DNA of 64,000 nucleotides from Perkinsus chesapeaki ATCC PRA-425 (taxonomy: Eukaryota; Protista; Perkinsozoa), in NCBI GenBank assembly GCA_013115145.1, contig JAAPAO010000051.1:1-64000 (forward strand), given 5' to 3'. Shown here in pieces: positions 1 to 11,992 of this stretch (the first letter of the stretch is position 1; each line of letters opens with the position of its first letter). The notes below the pieces were generated by a model that searched no databases, had not been told where the DNA came from, and was given only the letters and a program-made list of their open reading frames with translations. Position numbers and translations under genes: made by a program.

Positions 1-538
1 CAGATGATTAGCCCATGAGTGTATTAATTGTTGTGTTACAAGGATCGGCTCGCGAAGGCGAAGATACTGTATTGGAAAGCACTGGTGCTTGGAGGTACAG
101 TTCGAGCCGGAGTCGGTTCCTTGTCCTGTCCCATTGTGTTATAGTCACACAGTGCTAGTGCAAGCCAATCTAGCTAGTGAGTGAGTGCTTCAACTGTAGC
201 GTGGAGGCAGTTCACTTTGCTGTATTTGCTCGTTATCATGTAGTCTTGGCTCAAGTTGAGGCATCTCTGCTGATTTTTTTTTTCTTCTGGTTTGTTCTGG
301 CACATTTTCTGCGGTCGACTATTGACTGGATATGTATATATATACTCATGATACTACTGTTGTATGTATATATATACATTCATTTAGATGTCTATTCGGC
401 ACTGCACGGTATGTGTGCCGCACATTGTGTGGCGGTGGTCCGCTATCGGTACCAACTGCAGAAAAGCCAGATGATTAGCCCATGAGTGTATTAATTGTTG
501 TGTTACAAGGATCGGCTCGCGAAGGCGAAGATACTGTA
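1..538. repeat. Exact 71-bp direct repeat: 1-71 is identical to 468-538 (spacing 467 bp); the left copy may extend beyond the window edge
   Basis: Base-by-base identity of cagatgattagcccatgagt...gaagatactgta at both positions; the flanks diverge after base 71/538. Confidence 0.95.
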
Positions 539-554
539 AATTGTTACTTACCAA

Positions 555-3500
555 CTAAAGAACTTCACTGATACGAGACTCGGGATGATACATAGAAGCA
601 CCTTGCATGTTCACTGTATAGCCAAGACTTCTTCTTGTTGAATGGCCAAATCCTTGATGCGCCGGTTTAGCAGTTGAACCGCATCACGAAGGAACTGAAA
701 CCCGTGTATCAAGCAGGAAATGCTGAGCACAGTCTCTACAATTAAACCCTCTTCAGCTCGTTTAATATCTTTCCTCGCCTCTCGCCCTACGCCTTTCGTC
801 CGGCCTAGTAGTTGGTCAGTCATGGCCTAGTTTAATTTACTCAAATGTGATGAAGATTTTAGACGATTACCTCCGCTGATTGGAAAACTTCTCCTGCCGT
901 CACGGGCATATGCACACTCTCTTCATCATGGCCGTAAAGCCTATATTTTTGAAGGAATTGCTTCCTACGCTTCTTTATCTATATAGCTATTTAAAGAGCA
1001 ACCACATTGTATCAATTTCGCATTTGGTTACCTTGGAAGGTTGCAATGGCCCTAGCTGAATAAGCCCGTCATCAGAGCTAGATCCCTCAGACTCGTCGCC
1101 TTTGCTGCCTATCAAAAGTCATTTACATCGAGTTTCTTTTGTGGAGACATCTTACGTGCATCCAATTGTCGTGGCCTTGCAGTAATAGAGTTGGTTAACG
1201 CTGTCGCTTTCCACCTAACCCCAGGTTTGGCTGATAGCAACATTTTCAGACGCTTCTCGTGTCGAATATCTACAAGCGAGAGAACCCGTCAATCACAGGT
1301 ATCGATCCTATCTAATCCCCATCTTGTGGTACCTTCGGGTGCCTTCCCCTCATCGCCAGCTTTTTCATCGTCATCAGCAACGATATTGGGTGGTACCTCC
1401 TGAAATCAATCTCAAGCAGCTTTCAGTTTGGCCTGCCCTTACATTGCCTTCCGCGTCGTGAACAGGGATGTGGAGCTCTGTCCTTTGCCTGACGAGCTTC
1501 TTCTTACGAGATTCCGCCTTGTTCTCGAGCTGATGAAGCCGCTTGATTTTAGGAACGTACCATCGAGCATAGAGCCCACGGAGTTTTCTGAACCGAGCTA
1601 CGCCCCCGGAGGCCGCCTAGTGGGGCCACTACGTTTGCATGAAAGCTTCCCAATCAATAGATTTCACAATAGCATTCTTTAATACCACAACTTTAGCTGA
1701 AACAATGTCGGTGAGGCTCTCATGCCCGTCGTCAGAGCTTAACCTATCAACGGTGGGGTATCATCACGGCGTTATGGTAAACATATTACTCAGTCGACCT
1801 GGCAGAGCTCACAAAGTAAGCAATAGTTGCATAAAGGCATCGAAGCCCGAAGAACCAAAGCACAATAACCAGCCTGATGAAAGGAAGCATCACAAGTGAT
1901 AACCAGGCACGTCATACAAGCAGAGTATTAGCGCGCCCCAGAAAGATGCATTTGCAGTCGTGTCAAAATCAGCACCTGAACTGAAGTCTACCGGTTATAG
2001 CACTGGTAAACACACCTCCTATGAATCCGCGCGCCAGGAAGAACAACGCATCACCGAAAGGTGCAAGCTGTGGCATGCTCTCTCCATAGGCTACATTGTA
2101 GCCTATGCTAAACCCAAGAAGTACCTGAGTGCAGTACTAGATGCGCGGCCTAGAGGCTGCTTACCACAATGAAGAGACACAGAAAGGACATGGTTAGTTG
2201 CCATGACTTGCGGATTGTTAATACAAGGGTGTCGACGTACCTAGCCGAGAACTTAGCGATCGCAAAGCCGAGTAATGAGTACGGAAGAAAGCCCAAGAAC
2301 TTGATGGCCTTCAACCAAGCTAGAATTATGTTGAATGCATGTATTCTCTGTGTTAAGTGAACTGTCGAGGCCACTGGCTGACAAAGTGATACTGAAGTGC
2401 TGATAGTGATAGAGTAAGTCCTACAAGTAGATTGACGTATTGAGTCATGTCCGTCGAAGCTTGTTGTAGATCAAGTCGACTGGCATCTACCATGGCTACC
2501 AATCTCAGATAGAACGCGACCATCAGTAGAATTAGATTGGTCCAATCCAGAAGGTTCCACCCATCCCTCAGGTACCTACGGCTGCCAGCTCCAGCAATGT
2601 ATGTCTTAAGTCCTCACCTTAGCTTCAATATACTCAGTTCTGATATTTCCTCTGCAATGTAGTAGAGAACGAATAGAGCCAACATGAATTCCGCGATGAG
2701 CAGCATGAGCTCCTGAGATTGACAATTTGGTATGGCTGCGTAAGTCGATTTTCTACCTCAGGTTGTTTAAGAGCTAATGGATCGATATGCCGCACATTAA
2801 TCAGCGATAATTGAACCTTATTGTGCCACAATCCAGAAGGTGTTACCTGAGATTCTGCAGCTGAATATCCCCAGTCTCTCTCGAATTTAAACCTCAAACG
2901 CTATACGAGTGGCTGCGAAGCATCCCATGTTCGAGTTCCATATGTTCAAATCAACAAATACTGCCCGCGTAGCTATGTCCACATATTGTACGGCTTGCAG
3001 TTCAGCAAGCGCGGTGACGGCCTCTGAACCTAGCGAAGGATGTGTATTAGTGAGCCTCAAAAAATAAGCTCTTGGTACGATTGCTGGGTATGACAGTCAC
3101 GTAGCCACTACTCGAGTATCTGGAGTTCAATGGCATGAAAATGTCAAACAGCCTCGCCTCCGCCGTACTTCGCCATCTTCCCACCGTAGTCTGATTTCTC
3201 GTACGATGGCCGGCTGTTCTCATCCGTGAAAATTCGCGCTTGCTGGTCTCCAGCGATTACGCCATAAGGAGCGCTAAGAATCAGGCTCTACGCTAGATAT
3301 TGAGTAACACCAACTTCTCTTCTCGAGGCCGCTGATAGGATGGGTAACAGTAGTCAAAATAGGCATTGAACGGTTCGGCGACATTACAGCCTTCACCACT
3401 TTTAACTCTAACAGTTCCTGAATTCACCGACTTTTGCCACAAGCATCGCTACCGTACGCACGGATACGAACGGCTCCTAGTAGCCTATTGTACTGCCTCT

Positions 3501-4198
3501 CGTCTATAGGAGGCATGTAGGCTATACTTGTCGTGAGCTCCTCATCACTAATAAGGACTCCTTCATCGGTTGTCGAGGTACTTGAAGATGAGCCTAGGCG
3601 CTACCGGTAGACTAGGAGGCGCGGAAGCCTGCTGACCTCCAGCGATTGCGGTGTATATTGTTGTGGGTATCGCATCCTCTACAAACAACGCGTCGAGGGT
3701 CACATGCGATATATACTGCCAGAACGCCTCTATAGACTGAACCTAGAGGCCTGCACTGCTGAAAGTGTCAGAGAGACCGAGAACATACATCTTCCAGGGC
3801 AGGGGCTTCGATTGTTGCTCCAGTATCGCTGTCCGTCGTTGGTGCTGGGTGCTCGAGTTTCGATGTCAACTACAGAAGTGATGGTAATGTGCTATCGTGA
3901 CACACAGACTCACATGCCTTTTGAGAGCTGTGTAGCCGTATGTGGCTTCTGATAGAGCAATCAGGTTATATGTGAGCAAGAAGCAAATGAATATGAACAC
4001 TACGATGACCTTCCTCATCTGATTCTGGAATACCGCCAATGTCACTGACCCAGCGTGCCTCACAATCGCCAGAATCATTTTCTTTTTGGCTTGGTATCCA
4101 TCTTCAGATAGCTGGTCAAGCGGCACGGCCTCAACACCTTCCAATTGATCGAGACTACTCCGAGCCGCTGCTGTAGAGGCAGAGGTCCGCTTCTCCAT
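555..4198 (-). CDS. Polycystin-2 (TRPP/PKD2)-like cation channel, multi-exon
   Basis: Spliced exons give TM1 (RKVIVVFIFICFLLTYNL), TOP-domain motifs RLLGAVRIRT, CYPSY, YSSSGYV, YVDIATRAVFVDLNIWNSN, then FVLYYIAEEISEL, YLRDGWNLLDWTNL, ILAWLKAIKFLGF, pore GDALFFLARGFIGDFS and a C-terminal coiled coil (LRDAVQLLNRRIKDL). 3' end approximate (stop at 555 or 611). Confidence 0.88.
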
Positions 4199-4249
4199 AG
4201 CGGAATAATAATAACAGAGAATTTCATTTCTCTCATTTAACAAACGCAA

Positions 4250-5594
4250 CTAAACGTGGCTGTGATACCAGTCGTTAAGAAATCGCTGATAACAACGACA
4301 TGCTTGTAGCAAGGTATGCCGAATACAAACTCGTTCTTTGGCCATGAAATCGATCTCTAAAGCCAGCTGCAGTCGTCTGGGTGACGAGCTAGTCTTGTTT
4401 AGAGGGGTCAGATGACGGGGTTGAAAGGCGTCCTCGAACTGAATTGTATCCGACCATAGGTAACACCTTGCAGAACATCTCCGTGTGGCTTCCAACGTTG
4501 AGTGCATCAGAACGTAAGGCCACCATCGCCTGAGGGTAGGCAGCTGAGGATTAGCTCGAGATACTTAGGTACTCGCCCGAGGAACTTACCTGCAAGGAAA
4601 GGTGGGCGCCAGTCACCGAAAAAGTATGCCATACAATGGCATGGAGATAGAACGGCTTGAGATAGTCACAGAAAAGGTAGTCTAATGTCCACATGACGGT
4701 CTGAAACTAGTAGTATTGTACTCAATGGCGTATTTGTTAGATTCTACCGCAGTCAAGTAAACAGCAAGGCCAACTTCGAGGAAGCGCCATGCGATAACTC
4801 GACTTGGACCACGATGGCTGTAGCAGCGATACAATACCAGACATGTTCCCCTACGAACGAGCGCTGTAGCAGCGGTAGTTTCGATACAATTACACCGCGG
4901 TGGCAGACGTGTATGTTGCAACAAAAATCAAGTACATCTTCCACGTTGAAAGGTATACTGCTGTTAGACCGATAGCCAAGGATGTGAAAACCCAAGCCCA
5001 ACGGTGAGCTTTGGTGTCTCTTTTCGGCGCATTGTAGAATAAGATAATCTATGGAGTCGATCCACCGGACAACATCAAGCCATGAACTCACCCAAAAGGA
5101 AGTGAGGCTCATCCAGAGCATCGGTATCTCATCCATGGCTTGGCCGAGCCGCCGAAGTGTCCCTAGTTTTACGGCACTTCGTGTAACATTCATGTCGAGT
5201 ACGCATAACTTACCGTGAAACAGTGTGCTGCCTAGTCCAATGAATATCATAATGACGTAGTAAACTCTATACCGATGTTCATTACCAGCCCTCGGGGCAC
5301 AGATAAGCATGCCCACAACACCAATTACAACGATAAATATTGAAGTCCTGGAGACGAATGCCACAGACACACTGCTGCATTCGAATCCTACAGTGTGTTC
5401 GCGAACTCAACGATGTGATCAGTGTAAGCGTAGTTATCCTCGCAGAAGTCCATTGACGCTGGTGGTCCGAAGAATGTCCTGGCAGATGATGAAGTGCTAA
5501 CGGACGCGCGCAACGCCAAGACTTACTCGGCGAACGAGCCTCGCTGCAAAAACGACGTGGAGTTGCCTGGTACGTCAGCAGTAATGTTCAACAT
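4250..5594 (-). CDS. Alkaline ceramidase (ACER/YPC1, CREST family), multi-exon
   Basis: MDFCEDNYAYTDHIVEFANTL, IGLGSTLFHGTLRRLGQAMDEIPM and LHAIVWHTF match the CREST Zn-binding motifs. The 3' end is uncertain. Confidence 0.88.
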
Positions 5595-5708
5595 TGACGA
5601 GTACTATTCAAAGTTCCACAGGAATCCATGTTAAAGACGGTTACCCATAAGAGTCTCTCACTGAACACAAGACTGGGCATTTTCGAACTACAAGAAACTT
5701 GAATGTCA

Positions 5709-6771
5709 TCAAATCTTGCTCAGCTCTCTATCCTTATACTCTGGAAAGCGTCCCCTATATCTATAGAATAAGTCATCGACTGCAGCGACGTACCTGGGCT
5801 ACGTCGCAAGAAAAGCAAAGCACTATGTCATCACTTTTTGTGCATCGTATCCGGGGTGTCAGTCTCCTCCCACATCAGCGGCTTTCCTACGACTAGAGCG
5901 AAGTCCTTGAGGTACTTGGGTAGTATGGACTTTGGGAACGGCAATGCAACTCCAATGAGCCGTTGTATGCGCTGACGGAACGCAAGCATGAAGTGACCGG
6001 TATCTGGAACTACAGTGACTCCGGTGGACGATTACACTAGTTCTACCGTGGGCGATGGATTGACCAAAGCAGTAAGCTGGAACTATCGGAACGCGGCCAG
6101 CCTCGTATGCCAGCCTCGCGTAGCCCATTCTAGTTTTGCACACTATCGTGTCATGGGTAGGAGAAAAGGGTATCATTTGTTCCCGAGTGCCACCAATTAC
6201 GATGCTGACACTGAAGTCCTGCTTCAGCGCTTCCAAGGCTGTTTTCTTGTTCGCGTCAATAGCACCGTACCAGAGACAGAGTTCTCGCATGAGCGGCAAT
6301 TTGAAGAGAACTCTAGCTCCTAGCGGGCAGAGCTTATGTTTGACGTTACAAATAAGAAATGGGTGTATAAATGGCACCACTCCGTGTGGATGAGCGCAAT
6401 AGACGACCTTGGGCAACGAGTTAACGGCTTCCTCGTCCTCTAGGATGAAAGATACTCTTTGAAAAAGACGCCTCATAATAGCAGCGTTTAGTCGTCGACC
6501 AGCTTGGAGGAACTCAGGCCAGAACCTATGAAAATTGCAGGGTTAACGGTTCACGGGGCTGAAGGCCAATTTACCGGCTGTGAGGTTTGTACTCTGATCC
6601 ATCGAAAAAGTAGATCGAGTACGATAATAATGCGCCTACGAACCAGCTGAGATATGAGCGAGAGCCCCGTAGTGCCGCTGGAGTAAAGAGAAGGATAATA
6701 GCCAGTAACTGCTGTTGAAGAGCCATCGTGATGCTAAGACTTTTGACGGGGTATTCGTCGGCTCTAAACAT
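5709..6771 (-). CDS. Diacylglycerol/monoacylglycerol acyltransferase, DGAT2 family
   Basis: HPHG motif (YCAHPHGVVP), LFKLPLMRELCLWYG, IVIGGTREQ, RMGYARLA, PIVPAYCFG, VVGKPL, and terminal YVAAVDDLFYRYR; N-terminal hydrophobic segment. Confidence 0.93.
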
Positions 6772-7105
6772 CTTGAGCTCTTGAAGTCACTTGAAACTTC
6801 CTATTTCTCTTAAGGATTTGGTAGATCGCATGTCGAACAAGCTGGACCTTGCACAGGAAGCCAGGATTCATCAGTTCCAACAGCTGAACGGTTGACCTTG
6901 TCTCTGCGTGTTCCTCTCGTGTACCTACTACGTATGATACCCATCTATTTCTTTGACCATTATCCGCTCTTGTGTGAAGTGAAACCAATTCTAAGATTGG
7001 TGAGTTCTCAAGACAGATCATGCTTTCCGTGATCGCGTATTGCTATATACGCGTATAGTTCTCCAGCCTTTGTGATTGTTATTGGTCAATAGAGCCTTCC
7101 TCAAA

Positions 7106-10100
7106 ATGGCAGTAAATCAGGGCGAGCTATCGCAGGTGATGGCAGCTACGCTGTCACCCGATCTCAACGTTAGACGACAAGCAGAGGAGAAGCTTTCACA
7201 GGTGATACAGTACTAAGATTGAGGGAACGTACCGCTGCTTCGTTAAAGAAGCCGCTGCATCGCTCGCATTTCCTGCTTCCGTCAAGTTTTGTTCGATAGG
7301 CGGAGTCCGCAGGCGGGGTTCTCACCTCGTCATTGCTACAGCTGGTGGCAAGCGGAAATGAGCAGATGCCTGTTCGATTAGCCAGCAGTATATATTTCAA
7401 GAACTTCATCAAAAGGCATTGGCCGGAGTCGCCTGATGAGGTATTCATAGGGCCTTTTGCCGGCCCTTAATGGACTACAGAAATGCACTTCAGTCACGTG
7501 GGGTTCTCTTTCAGAACGGAGGAATCTCCGAACAGAACCGTAACCTCATAAAGTCGCATCTTGTCGATCTAATGCTGTCTGTCCCACCGCCGCTTATGGC
7601 ACAGCTCCGAGAGAGCATCAAGATTATAAGCGATCTCGGTGAGCTCTACGTCAACACGTATACTTTAACAGCAGTAATCTTTCAGACTTCCCCGCTGGTT
7701 GGCCCACTCTGTTACCTACTTTGGTGCAACGACTCACCTCGGGAAATGACCTCGATGACACTCAATTTGGAGCTTTGGAGACCGCCTCTACAGTGTTCGA
7801 AAAGTGGGTTTCGCACCTTACTTCGGCAGCAGCGGCCCGCCTTATTGGTCTCCAGGTATCGCTACTTAGTGAGGTCTAACGAGGTGCTTAGAGAACTACA
7901 GTACATCTTGAAGGAGTTTCAAGAGGTACCCCGTACACTCCGGTCTCGGTATCTCCTCTGGATAGGTCCATTTGGCCCTATATAGGAGAGTAATGCAGGA
8001 AATCTTCTCACCTGCGATTAAGGAACAGAGTAGTACATGGATAGGGCGCGCTAGGACGATGATGCTATTATAGGCCAAGGTCAAAAGGCGGTGAAGTTGG
8101 CGAAGTTGCTCCTTGTTGAGCTGGAGATCTTCTACGATCTTAACGTTGTTGATATTCCTGTAAGGCTAGAGATGACCTATGCAGCCGGCTAGCATGGTTA
8201 TCACCTTGATTGGCTTCAGGAGTACTATGAAGATAACTCTGCGACATGGTTCGAGGGGTTCCTCCGTTTGTTGGAGTGGCAAGATATGCCGGCTGGTAGT
8301 ATTGGGTCAAGCAAAGGAGCTATTGTGATATACTACCACGCACACCTAGCACGCAGAACTCGTTAGTGCTTCGAGGCCCAGGACGGATTCGTTAGCAATC
8401 AAGTCTCCTGAGTTGGCTTATGTCGTTCTTGTTGGCGCTTCATATCGAGCACGAATCCATTTTCAGCCCTCAAAGCACCCGATGATGAGACGCCCGGAGC
8501 TATCGAAAATTTGAAGGCTCAAGTATGCAGGAACGTAGCTCTCTACGCAGATAAATACCAGGAACAAGTGGAACCGTAGTACTGGGAATCAGGCCTCACC
8601 TTTGTGCCATGGCTCTTATTACTATTTCGGTCTCGTTAGTTCGACTCCAAAATCTTAAGGTACATCTGTGGCGTGGTGAAGTCAGTGTGGACACTCCTTG
8701 TCTCCACCAGCCCCAACGGAAGTAACGATCAGCTGGTAAGCATTGCAACCTGCAACTCACTTGGATGGTCAGTGATCTAGGTGTCAGCAGGAATTAAACT
8801 ACTATCTAGTGCAGCGAGTACTAAGTGGGCCACAAGTCCCTTTGAAGAGGCGAATTCCCTTCAAGTGATGTCTGCGATTATCTTCTGTCAAAGTAGACAT
8901 GTCTTTCAGGCCATATGTGAGCATGTGGTGCTTCCTAACATAAAACTGCGTGACTCGGACGTCGAGGATTTCTTCGATAATCCGACAGTAAGGTGGCTCT
9001 CCCTTCAATGTGGGCAAAGTTCAATCCCTTTAGGAGTATATCAGGCGTGATATGGAGAGCGCGGATCAGGACACTCGTCGACGAGCTGCTATGGAGCTTG
9101 TTAAAGGCTTGAGCAAACTGTATGAGCAACAGGTGCTGCAGGGATAGAACGCATTTGAACCATGGTATTTATTTGCGCCTAAAGCGCTGTCTCCCCCTAA
9201 AAGACAATCATTTGCTACTGGAAATTGGTCGCTGCTTAGGTTACGGACATCTTAGTCCGCTATGTACAAATGTTGCTACAATCCGTTGGCAACTCTACTA
9301 CAGAGGATGCGTGGCGAGCGAGGGATGCTTGTGTTTATCTCATTATAGCGACAGCCGCCAAGGCACAGGTGTTAGAACTAGCGTGGGACGCATAGACATA
9401 TTGCGGATTCTTATTAGACCAGAACTAAGGGAGCCTCTATTGTCAACTCTGCAGTGGATGTCCCAGCGTTCTTCGAACAGCAATTAATGCCAGAGCTCTC
9501 GCAGGCCATCCCTACTGAGAGGGAGGCCAGCCGGGCTGTCTTCCGCGCTAGCATTCTCAAGTAAGTAAATCTCCGCACGGGTCGGTTAACGGTTACGATG
9601 CTAACATGCAGATACATCGCAGTGTTCCGGCAGCATCTCCCTGTTGAACAGCTCACTCGTGCGCTTCCTCTTATAGCAAATCATATACGAACCCCCGTTA
9701 CGGTAGTACCTGGATCCCCGTTCGTCGCCTACTCCCTTTGCACTTATAAACTAATGTTCACTTTAGGTACTGCACACATATGCCGCTCATTGTCTAACTG
9801 TTCTATTGCTACTTAAATGCCCCAATAAGCAACATAAGATACCATTAGAGACACTGAAACAGACCGTACGGCATGGGTAAAGCGTGATGGCGGTTATACT
9901 TGCTCAGGTTCTGCCTACTGTAGAGCCATGCCTCCAAATACTCGCTACTGGTGAGACTCAATCCGCATACGAAATGAAGCTCGTAATGCGTAAGTTCTTC
10001 GACACAATAGTCTTCATCATAGAGTTTATTTTGCAGGGGTGTTCTCGACCTTCAAGGAGGGAGCTTTGGGCATTGCTCTTCCAACGCTCAGGCAGCTTGC

Positions 10101-11781
10101 CACAGTAAAACTTGTCTTCCATTGTACACGCGTCTCATACGCTTTCTGGCAGATACTCCGGGCTGTGGCAGCGAATCCTAGTGATGCTGTTTTCAATCAC
10201 TATCTGTTTGAAGCTATCGCTTCAATCGTAATAGCACAACCTTATCAACCTTAATTGTGCCCTGCTAGGTACGGACTGTCCTGCAATTCGCCCCTGCTCA
10301 GCATGGGGAAGTTGAGTCGGCTCTTCTCCCTGTTATCAGCTTTATATTGGAGCAGAATGTTGCTGACTTCATCCCGTAATAAGGAGAATGCATGCGTTCG
10401 CGGAGGTTTACTTACTTTATTTAGTTATTGCTTCCAAATACTTGGCCTTCTGCTTGATTCCGGTGATAGCTCTACGTCAGCAGCTGGTCCACAGATCTAT
10501 GGTGCACTCTTTGACAGGTGAGTAGACGTGATACCGCGCAATGTCTACGCTTATGCCTGTTCTTAGGCTTCTCACTGATGGCCTCTGGAGAACCGCCGCA
10601 AATGTACCCGGGCTCATCCGATTGTTCAGCTCGTAATGAGGGCCACACTCACTGCGCTCAGCAAGTTTGATGTGTTAGATACTTCAAAAAAAATGCGCAA
10701 TTCTCGGAGCAAATTAAGCGTAACATGCAAACAATTCTCCTCCGGTTCCAATACGTAGGCCTGACAAAGAAAGATAGTCGTATTTATGAGTTGGGTTAGG
10801 TACTTAATCATCGTAAGGTCGAGATGCAAGCATTCGACCTTATTATAGCAATGTTTCGTTATCTCCCGTTCGATGCTTACAAAAAGTGAGTACCGACTTG
10901 ATACTGCTGAATGAGGTTCGCATTTTCCTGTTTAATTCAGCTCGCTTGCTGGAATATTCACAGTCTTCTTGACGAAGCTGCAAAAGAAGACTACAGCAGC
11001 GTTGAACAGAAAATTCGCTATTACGTTGAGCGTGTTCGTGTAAGTTCAGAAGCTCTTGCGGAGGCCGTTATATAAATACCGCAATCCAGATACTGTGTCC
11101 CAGAGGGCCCACGCGTCTTGCTTTCGACTTTGGAGCAAATTCAAGCTGGTCTCTCGGTAATGGTTGTGAAATCACTGTGGATGCCTGCCTTCAAGGGGAA
11201 CATGGGCGGAAAAGAGAACAAGAAGGTACTCCTGTCTTGCGTCACTTGCGGGTTGTTATAAATTACTCTGTCAGGTCTGCTTGCTCGCCGCGGCTAAGTT
11301 TGCCAACGACTCGAATGTCCAGAGCAATGGGGAGATGATGCATGCTGTAAATAACTAGTTACTGTACTCCGCGCATTTTTAATGGTAGGTTTTGATGGGC
11401 ATATCTGAACTACTCGGCTTCAATGATCAAGAGCAACAACAGGGAAACTCGCTACTGAACCCTAGGCTCAACGACGAAGACGAAGATGACCAAGAGGAAG
11501 CAGAGGACCGAGAGTAGTTCAATCGACCATTGTTTTACGACTAGTATTTGTCCGCCTAGATACGAGGTTAGCTTTGCGAGACTTCATTCCACCGAGATGC
11601 CTGGCCACGCGGATTGTGCGCCGACAATCACCGATGTTCCTGGTAGCATAAAACAGGCTTTACGCAGCATAGACGGTGAGATGGCTCTTTCATCTGAGCA
11701 TTGATCACCGATAACTCAGGTCGCTTCTTCGCCAATCCTCCTCAAGAACTGGCTCGTCTGAGTACATGGGTGAGGTCGTGA
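7106..11781 (+). CDS. CSE1: Exportin-2 / CSE1 (importin-beta family), about 20 or more exons
   Basis: Importin-beta N-domain TLSPDLNVRRQAEEKL...RLASSIYFKNFIKRHW; DFPAGWPTLLP; SNEVLRELQYIL; ICRNVALYADKYQE; IRRDMESADQDTRRRAAMELVKGL; NDAVFNHYLFEAIAS. Confidence 0.93.
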
Positions 11782-11992
11782 GAGACAGTACACACTCGCG
11801 TTTGCAACGATAAATAATAGTGGAATTTTCATCGTCTATCCATAGTAGTGTTTTGTTTATGTTGATACTGAGCTGGCTGGAGAGAGACTGACGTTGTGCC
11901 TCGCAAACTTCCAAGTCTTGTTGGCTACGCGTAGTGAATTTCGCCGGGCTCTTTGGGCTGCTCGTCGTTTCCGTTGCAGAACCTACTTTATC

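Noticed and set aside
328-380. Two short (TA)n tracts within tatgtatatatatac
   Set aside because: Ordinary UTR microsatellite.
1301-1321. WGLDRID on the minus strand, a subtilisin hallmark
   Set aside because: It lies in the cytosolic tail of the channel gene, and no D/H/S catalytic motifs follow.
7046-7057. 12-bp palindrome TATACGCGTATA in the DGAT2/CSE1 divergent interval
   Set aside because: About 15 palindromes this long are expected by chance in 64 kb, and it does not recur at other divergent sites.
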